Assembly: GCA_028279755.1 (NCBI GenBank)
Contig: JANQNB010000011.1
Span: 4,501 to 68,500, forward strand
DNA from: Candidatus Nanoarchaeia archaeon
GTDB taxonomy: Archaea > Nanobdellota > Nanobdellia > Woesearchaeales > UBA525
Length of the DNA stretch: 64,000 nt
Direction of reading: 5' to 3'
The first letter of the stretch is position 1, and each line of letters begins with the position of its first letter. The notes below the pieces were generated by a model. The model was not told where the DNA came from. It saw nothing but the letters and a program-made list of their open reading frames with translations, and did not search any database. Positions 58,810-64,000 of the stretch are shown here, in pieces. A program made the translations under genes and the position numbers.

Positions 58810-58900
58810 GAATGTCACCTCAATACTTGTTAGGGAAAAGAAAGAACTCGCCCTTATAAAAGTCTATTGTTGAAGGGTGGAAATGTGCAATGAATATGCA

Positions 58901-60172
58901 CTACCCTAGTTTCTTCACGACTTCCTCGACACTGAGCACGGATTCCTCGCCGGATTTCATATCCTTGAGCTTGACCTTCTTGCTTTCGAGCTCTTTCTGT
59001 CCGCAGATCAGGACGAAAGGAATGCCATAGCTGTTGGCGTAATCGAGGTTCTTTGAGATCGAGCGATTGTTCAGGTCCATGTCGGCGTTGATGCCTGCGC
59101 CACGAAGCTGCTCGACGATCGGAATGACTTGTTCTGGATTCTTAATGGGAATGACGTAGACTTTCACAAGGGTTTTTATGAGTTCTTTCTTCTCCTTGAG
59201 CACGTCCATGATGGGCTCGAGGCCGAAAGATAATCCGACGGCAGGGAACTCGACCTTGCTTTGCAATAACTCAGGAATCATCTTGTCATATCGGCCGCCG
59301 CCGCACAACGAGGAGGTGACTTTGGTTTTTTTCCCGAAGGCTTCGAACACCGTGCTCGTGTAGTAGGCAAGCCCGCGCGCGAGGCCGGGATCGAACATGA
59401 CGTCTTCAACTCCCTCGAGAAACGAGAAGAGTTCGGTAATCTCTTTGAGGCCCTCGCTTTCTCCTCCGAGGTATTCTTTGATTTTCTTGATTTTATCTTG
59501 ATTAGAGTTTTTTTGCGTGCTGAGTTCAACAACGAAGTTCACACTGTCCTCTTTGATCCCTTTTTCTTTGAGTTCTTTTTGTACTTCTTCGAGTTTGACT
59601 TTCTTGATTTTGTCGAGGATGAGAATCGCTTCTATCAACTTCTCCTTAGGAACCCCATTCTTCAAGAGGATTTCTTCCAAGAGCTTGCGGTTGTTCACGC
59701 TGACAGTGACGGGAATGCCGAGTTCCTTGAATCCGGCGAGGGTGACACGGATACTTTCTGCGTCTGCTGCCATGCTCTTGCTGCCCACGATGTCAGCGTC
59801 GCATTGCATGAACTCGCGATAACGGCCGAGCTTGATCGGGCCGTCGCGGAAGACGCGGCCGATGGCGTAGCGCTTGAAGGGCATCTTCACCTGCGGATTC
59901 ATCCCGACAAAGCGCGCGAAGGGCACGGTGAGATCGTACCTGAGCGCGAGATCGCGTTTTCCCTGGTCTGCGAACTTGAACGTTTCCTTGAGGATCTCCT
60001 CACCGCCAGCAAACTTCGCAGACAGCACTTCCCAGCGTTCGAAGATCGGCGTTTCCAACGGATTATAGCCGTAGCGCTGGAACACGCGCGTGAGCCCGCT
60101 GATTAGCTCGTCCCTGAGGATCTTCTCCTCCGGCGGGAAATCGCGAACCCCCTTTGGCAGTTGGAGTTTCAT
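58901..60172 (-). CDS. hisS: Histidine--tRNA ligase
   Basis: PKGVRDF, LRYDLTVP, GRYREF.Q.D.D, RGLAYYT, GGGRYD. Confidence 0.96.
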   Translation of the reverse strand: MKLQLPKGVRDFPPEEKILRDELISGLTRVFQRYGYNPLETPIFERWEVLSAKFAGGEEILKETFKFADQGKRDLALRYDLTVPFARFVGMNPQVKMPFKRYAIGRVFRDGPIKLGRYREFMQCDADIVGSKSMAADAESIRVTLAGFKELGIPVTVSVNNRKLLEEILLKNGVPKEKLIEAILILDKIKKVKLEEVQKELKEKGIKEDSVNFVVELSTQKNSNQDKIKKIKEYLGGESEGLKEITELFSFLEGVEDVMFDPGLARGLAYYTSTVFEAFGKKTKVTSSLCGGGRYDKMIPELLQSKVEFPAVGLSFGLEPIMDVLKEKKELIKTLVKVYVIPIKNPEQVIPIVEQLRGAGINADMDLNNRSISKNLDYANSYGIPFVLICGQKELESKKVKLKDMKSGEESVLSVEEVVKKLG

Positions 60173-60233
60173 TTTTCCGTACCTGTCTCTTGTTCCTGAT
60201 TGTAAAGCGATTTAAAAAAGTGTTGATATGGTC

Positions 60234-61763
60234 TCAACCGAGCTCTCCGACCGCTTTTTCCACAGCTCTGACCAGTTCGCCGCTCTTGAGAAGTTTCACA
60301 AGGCGCTCGATGTCCGGGTAGAGTGGCCGATCCTCTGCAAGGAAGGGAACAAGCTCTCGTATTGCGTTGAATGCTGCTCGCGTCCCTGTTGCCAAGTTTT
60401 TCTTCTCTTGCTTCATCCGCAACTCGGCAGCCTGAGCAGCAGCCAGGCATTCTATGGCCACGACGGCGAATGCCTTGTCGATGATCCCCCAGGTCTTGAG
60501 AGCGGTGTTGGTTCCCATGCTGACGAAATCCTCCTGGTCTGCCGCAGTGGGGATGCTGCCGATCGCTGCAGGCGTGCAGTAGACGCGGCACTGGTTCACC
60601 AATGACGCCGCAGTATATTGCGGAATCATGATCCCTGAGTTGAGTCCTGCTTTCTCGATGAGAAAGCCGGGAAGCCCTTCATTCAGCACAGGATTGAGGA
60701 GCCGGTTCAATCGACGCTCGGAAAGAACTGCTATGGTTGACACTCCCTGTCCAAGCATCTCGAGAGGCAGGGCAATTGGCGTCCCTTGAAAATTGGCACC
60801 AGCAAGATACCGTCCTCCTTCAGCAGTGTTCTTAGGAACAAAGAGAGGATTGTCCGCACCTGCATTCAACTCGATGGTCACCTGGTCTTCGACGTAGCGG
60901 ATCGCGTCCTTCACTGTGCCAAGGACCTGGGGCGTGGATCTGATGCTGTATGCATCCTGGATTCGCGCTGGCTCACCCAGTATCGTCGAGCCGCGCAGGA
61001 GTTTCCGCAGGTTCTCCGCGCACTCAATGCCTCCTCTGAATCCCCGGAGCTGCAGTATCTCGTCGTCGAAGGCATTCTTCACTGCTTTGAGCGCTTCGCT
61101 GCTCAACGCCGCGGCGATTTCAGCGCTTTTCAACAGGAGCTTTGCGTCTTCTATCTCAAGCGCAGCCAGCCCTGTCGTGAGCTGCGAGCCATTGATGACT
61201 GCCAGGCCATCCCGTATCTCATAGGTGATCGGTTTCAATCCGGCTTTCTTCAAGGCGTCGGCTCCAGACATGCGCTCACCTTCATAGTTTGCTTCGCCTT
61301 CACCGATCGGAACGAGCATGGCTTGCGCCATTGGCGCTAGATCTCCGCACGCTCCGACACTCGCCGGATACATGATTGGCGTTACCCCTTCATTGAGCAT
61401 CTCGGCGATGAAGTCTGCGACTGCGGGACGGACGCCGCTCACGCCCTTGGCGAGGACGTTGATTCGTGCAGCAATAGCTGCCCGCGCCACCTCTTTGGAC
61501 ACTGGAACACCATACCCGCCAGCGTGGCTGTAGATCAGCTTTTTCGAGAACTGCCGCGCATCCTCTGGCGAGAGGATGACGCTGGCAAGCTCTCCAATCC
61601 CTGTCGTTGTGCCGTATGCAGGCTTCTTTTCCTGAAACATCTTTTCGACAAACGCCCGGCTCTTGTTCATTTTCTCTTTGCAGCTTGGCGCGATTGCTAT
61701 CTTCTCGCCTCGTGCGATGCGTGTCAGTTGTTCTGTTGTCAGGTTTTTCCCGTCGAGTTGCAT
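60234..61763 (-). CDS. hutH: Histidine ammonia-lyase (aromatic amino acid lyase family), Ala-Cys-Gly MIO
   Basis: YG.TTG.G, SH specificity motif (IYSHAGG), SVGACGDLAP, QDAYSIR, DNP, QED.VSMG. Confidence 0.85.
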   Translation of the reverse strand: MQLDGKNLTTEQLTRIARGEKIAIAPSCKEKMNKSRAFVEKMFQEKKPAYGTTTGIGELASVILSPEDARQFSKKLIYSHAGGYGVPVSKEVARAAIAARINVLAKGVSGVRPAVADFIAEMLNEGVTPIMYPASVGACGDLAPMAQAMLVPIGEGEANYEGERMSGADALKKAGLKPITYEIRDGLAVINGSQLTTGLAALEIEDAKLLLKSAEIAAALSSEALKAVKNAFDDEILQLRGFRGGIECAENLRKLLRGSTILGEPARIQDAYSIRSTPQVLGTVKDAIRYVEDQVTIELNAGADNPLFVPKNTAEGGRYLAGANFQGTPIALPLEMLGQGVSTIAVLSERRLNRLLNPVLNEGLPGFLIEKAGLNSGIMIPQYTAASLVNQCRVYCTPAAIGSIPTAADQEDFVSMGTNTALKTWGIIDKAFAVVAIECLAAAQAAELRMKQEKKNLATGTRAAFNAIRELVPFLAEDRPLYPDIERLVKLLKSGELVRAVEKAVGELG

Positions 61764-61776
61764 GTATCTCACCCGG

Positions 61777-62091
61777 TTAAAAATCGGCAGGCGTGCTCGG
61801 CGCGATCAGGTATCGGTCTCTTCCCTGATAGAGCGTCTGCTGCTGTCCTGTCAACGCTGTGGCGAGCTGCACAAGACCGTCACGCATTGCCCTCGAATCC
61901 TCTTCGTTCTGGAGGGGTATCGCGACATCTACTGTCTGTTGCCAACCCTGCAGCACTTTTCGTCTACTGCAGCTGTATGCGCGCCGCAACTCTTTGAGCT
62001 TTGTTTCAAGCATCGGCATCTTGTCTTCTGGAATCCCTCTGATGACCAGTTGGGGACCGTTCTTTCTTTCTGTTGTTTTTTCCATTTTCAT
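61777..62091 (-). CDS. Hypothetical protein coupled to hutH
   Basis: AAGGTGAT SD before ATG 62091; stop lies 13 nt before the hutH ATG. Confidence 0.6.
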   Translation of the reverse strand: MKMEKTTERKNGPQLVIRGIPEDKMPMLETKLKELRRAYSCSRRKVLQGWQQTVDVAIPLQNEEDSRAMRDGLVQLATALTGQQQTLYQGRDRYLIAPSTPADF

Positions 62092-62148
62092 GAGTATCAC
62101 CTTTCGTTTTTTTCTGAGAATGTGTTTTACACTAGTCAGGCCAATAGC

Positions 62149-62172
62149 GCGTCAGCTCATACGAACTGACGC
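62149..62172 (-). promoter_or_regulatory. 10-bp hairpin between tRNA-His and the downstream ORF
   Basis: GCGTCAGTTC-GTAT-GAGCTGACGC on the minus strand. Confidence 0.5.
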
Positions 62173-62198
62173 TATAGATGCTCTTGAGAAATCAGAAA

Positions 62199-62270
62199 GG
62201 CGGCAGACGGGAATCGAACCCGCGTCATCAGAGCCACAGTCTGGTATCTTGCCATTAGACGACTGCCGCC
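62199..62270 (-). tRNA. tRNA-His (GUG), copy 1
   Basis: G-1/C73, acceptor GCGGCAG/CTGCCGC, anticodon loop CT-GTG-GC, TTCGATT T-loop; C.A mismatch at the top of the anticodon stem. Confidence 0.92.
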
Positions 62271-62334
62271 AGAAACGATACGTGGAGAAACTCCTGCTGC
62301 AGGAAGTAATTGTCGGCGGAAAGGTGCGCGCTGA

Positions 62335-62394
62335 CTACCAGTGAAGACGACCAGCACGTCGTGCCCTTGCCTCGATTGATAGTTGCGATGTCAT
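62335..62394 (-). other. Putative leader mini-ORF MTSQLSIEARARRAGRLHW* upstream of tRNA-His copy 1
   Basis: ATG ~23 nt from GAAAGC-TATTTATA (BRE-TATA, 62417-62430); ends GGT CGT CTT CAC TGG TAG. Confidence 0.55.
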
Positions 62395-62501
62395 GCTCTC
62401 GGGAAAGCGACACTAGTATAAATAGCTTTCTGTTATATATTTTACAAAATATAGTTTAAAGGAATATACTGTTTTCTATCCCGATAAAGAAGGAAAGGAA
62501 G

Positions 62502-62574
62502 GGCCGCCGGGGGGAATCGAACCCCCGTCTGAAGATCCACAGTCTTCCATCTTAACCATTGGACCACGGCAGCC
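62502..62574 (-). tRNA. tRNA-His (GUG), copy 2
   Basis: G-1/C73, acceptor GCTGCCG/CGGCGGC, GAAGA-CTGTGGA-TCTTC anticodon arm, GGGGG-TTCGATT-CCCCC. Confidence 0.94.
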
Positions 62575-62657
62575 ATTGCGGAGCACCAGTCTGGTATGCG
62601 CGAAGCACCTGGTGCTGAAGATGCGTGAGAAACTGCGACGTAGTTGTGCCAGGACGG

Positions 62658-62687
62658 CTAACAATGAAGGCAACCACTCGCATTCAT
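62658..62687 (-). other. Putative leader mini-ORF MNASGCLHC* upstream of tRNA-His copy 2
   Basis: ATG ~26 nt from TTTATAAA (62713-62720); ends GGT TGC CTT CAT TGT TAG. Confidence 0.55.
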
Positions 62688-62766
62688 AATAGCGCACAGA
62701 GAACGAAAACCCTTTATAAAGCTTGCCGTTCGAAGAATGGCAAGCGCCGAGTGACAACGAGGCAGC

Positions 62767-63816
62767 TTACTCTGCGGACTGCTCTTTTCTTTGTGAACTC
62801 CCTTTTGCTTCTTGCCTGTTCGAGACCTTTTCTTTGCCTTCTGCCTCTCGCTCCTTGTTGATGTGCTTTCTGGCCATCTCAGAGACGTACGAGGTGCTGA
62901 TCCTCATCCCGTACTTCGCTTCCACGTGTTCAGCAATCTCCTGCACTGTCAGATCGCTGTGCTGGTAGAGGTTCGCTACCTCGCTTGAAAACCCGTCATA
63001 GCTCCTGAGAAGGCTTCTATCGAAGCGCTGGAGGCTCTCAAGAGCGGGCTGCGCATAGCCTTCCACCCTGCTTTCTCCGCTGTGTCGCGTCAGGTACTGC
63101 TGCTCGCTGGCCAGGACGTGCTCACGCACCGCATCCTTGTAGACCGCTTGCTCGAGTCCCATGGCGGCTGCGCCGCGCGCATAACGCTCATGCACTGCTC
63201 GCGTGTCGCCTTTCCTGAACGCCTCGATCTGGGCATTATAGCCCCTGACAGCGTCCTTGACAATACGCTCCAAAGGCTGATACCGCGCTTTTCCTTGAAG
63301 TTCAGAAAGGCTGATTATCATACCAAACTCATGTGCGAGAATACGAGCTATTTCCTGTGGAGGATGTCCTGAGAGTTCGAGAAAGCGTTGCGTGAAGATT
63401 TCATGGCTCTCAGGCCGGGGCAAGAGCTCTTTTTCGTAGAAACTTAAGGGGTTGCCACCTGCTTCGCGATGCTGGGCATAATTCGCTACATATCCTCTCA
63501 GAGCAAGCAATGCGGCTTCACTGTCGCAATCGATAGCCTGCCCGATCTGCTCGACAAGCTGCGACAAGCTCATGCCAGGATCCTGCTCTTTGAAACGGTT
63601 GGCGATCTCCGCGGTGAGCCGTTCCTGCATGCCAAGTGATACTGTGAGGGTTTCATAGTGAGGCCCTTGCGCTAACAATGCAGTCAATTCCTGCTCTTCT
63701 CCTTCTGTCCTGATCTGGAGGCTTTCGAGATGGCGCAGTCTGCGCGCTTGCCGCTTCGCTGGATTACGCAAGAACACGGCGCTGAATCCTGCCCTAATCC
63801 GACTGCCCAGGCTCAT
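62767..63816 (-). CDS. Hypothetical protein with possible C-terminal helix-turn-helix
   Basis: LTVQEIAEHV..KYGMRISTSYVSEM is HTH-like, with an internal echo (PPQEIARILAHEFGMIISLS); start overlaps the upstream gene. Confidence 0.65.
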   Translation of the reverse strand: MSLGSRIRAGFSAVFLRNPAKRQARRLRHLESLQIRTEGEEQELTALLAQGPHYETLTVSLGMQERLTAEIANRFKEQDPGMSLSQLVEQIGQAIDCDSEAALLALRGYVANYAQHREAGGNPLSFYEKELLPRPESHEIFTQRFLELSGHPPQEIARILAHEFGMIISLSELQGKARYQPLERIVKDAVRGYNAQIEAFRKGDTRAVHERYARGAAAMGLEQAVYKDAVREHVLASEQQYLTRHSGESRVEGYAQPALESLQRFDRSLLRSYDGFSSEVANLYQHSDLTVQEIAEHVEAKYGMRISTSYVSEMARKHINKEREAEGKEKVSNRQEAKGSSQRKEQSAE

Positions 63817-64000
63817 CGAACACCCCGCTCTTGATCATCACCGGGCTTCCCACTCGGAGCATGCCGGATTCAACCAGGTGTCGTATCACGCTGTCGTCGT
63901 GCCGGATGCAGCCCTGGCTTGCCCGCTGTCCAAGAAGATGTGGTTCGTCTGTGCCGTGCAGGCCGATGCTGCTGCCTTTGTAGGTGATGCCCCAGGGTGC
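63794..64000 (-). CDS. Partial CDS: C-terminus of an L,D-transpeptidase (YkuD) catalytic domain
   Basis: Manual translation ...SIGLHGTDEPHLLGQRASQGCIRH...LRVGSPVMI...*; absent from the ORF track because the start is off-window. Confidence 0.75.
   Translation of the reverse strand, partial: APWGITYKGSSIGLHGTDEPHLLGQRASQGCIRHDDSVIRHLVESGMLRVGSPVMIKSGVFDEPGQSD

Noticed and set aside
62280..62360. Hairpin-ribozyme-like (AGAAAC, TGAAGACGACCAG) and C'/D' box-like (CTGA..GTGAAGA) words on the + strand
   Set aside because: Loop B partner GUAUAUUAC and helix 1 cannot be formed; C/D guide spacing is wrong; the words are antisense to the promoter and tRNA
62199..62574. Second tRNA-His as the att-site duplication of an integrated element
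   Set aside because: Both copies are full length and diverged throughout; no integrase or direct repeat is visible
62605..62655. Hammerhead-like words on the + strand (CTGAAGA...GAAAC...GTT)
   Set aside because: Stem II is essentially absent, stem I is out of register with the core C, and the second leader copy lacks the arrangement
62552..62683. Alternative ORF MRVVAFIVSRP... running into tRNA-His copy 2 (and track ORF 62172-62357)
   Set aside because: Both overlap tRNAs, and the differences between the copies fall mostly at non-synonymous positions in this frame

Overview
Archaeal chromosome segment, most likely a fairly GC-rich DPANN genome of Woesearchaeota type. This is inferred from archaeal ribosomal, exosome, proteasome, TFE and CCA genes, TATA/BRE promoters, many leaderless genes, and bacterial-type extras such as Lgt and stand-alone PEP-utilizer proteins. 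Core content: rpl1-rpl10-rpl12, proS, rtcA, taw1, taw3, cca, secF-secD, psmB-aCPSF1, the rnp2-psmA-SBDS-rrp4-rrp41-rrp42-rpoK superoperon, alaS, pyrH, NMD3, a sugar-nucleotide operon, an MtaB-like enzyme, sepF, ZPR1, TFE, tpiA, lgt, trx and hisS, interspersed with orphans. There are four tRNA genes: Ser(UGA) abutting a start codon, Val(GAC) with a non-canonical D-loop BHB intron, and two divergent His(GUG) genes. The most striking feature is a histidine locus at 58.9-62.7 kb. Each tRNA-His appears to be transcribed with a 113-124 nt leader that starts with a leaderless mini-ORF ending G-x-L-H-x-stop and carries a shared RNA motif. Downstream lie an orphan ORF, histidine ammonia-lyase (Ala-Cys-Gly MIO) and HisRS. 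This is a candidate histidine-sensing leader-peptide/RNA switch. A partial L,D-transpeptidase gene sits at the right edge. No CRISPR array, rRNA or transposase was seen. All family assignments come from motif recognition, not database searches.
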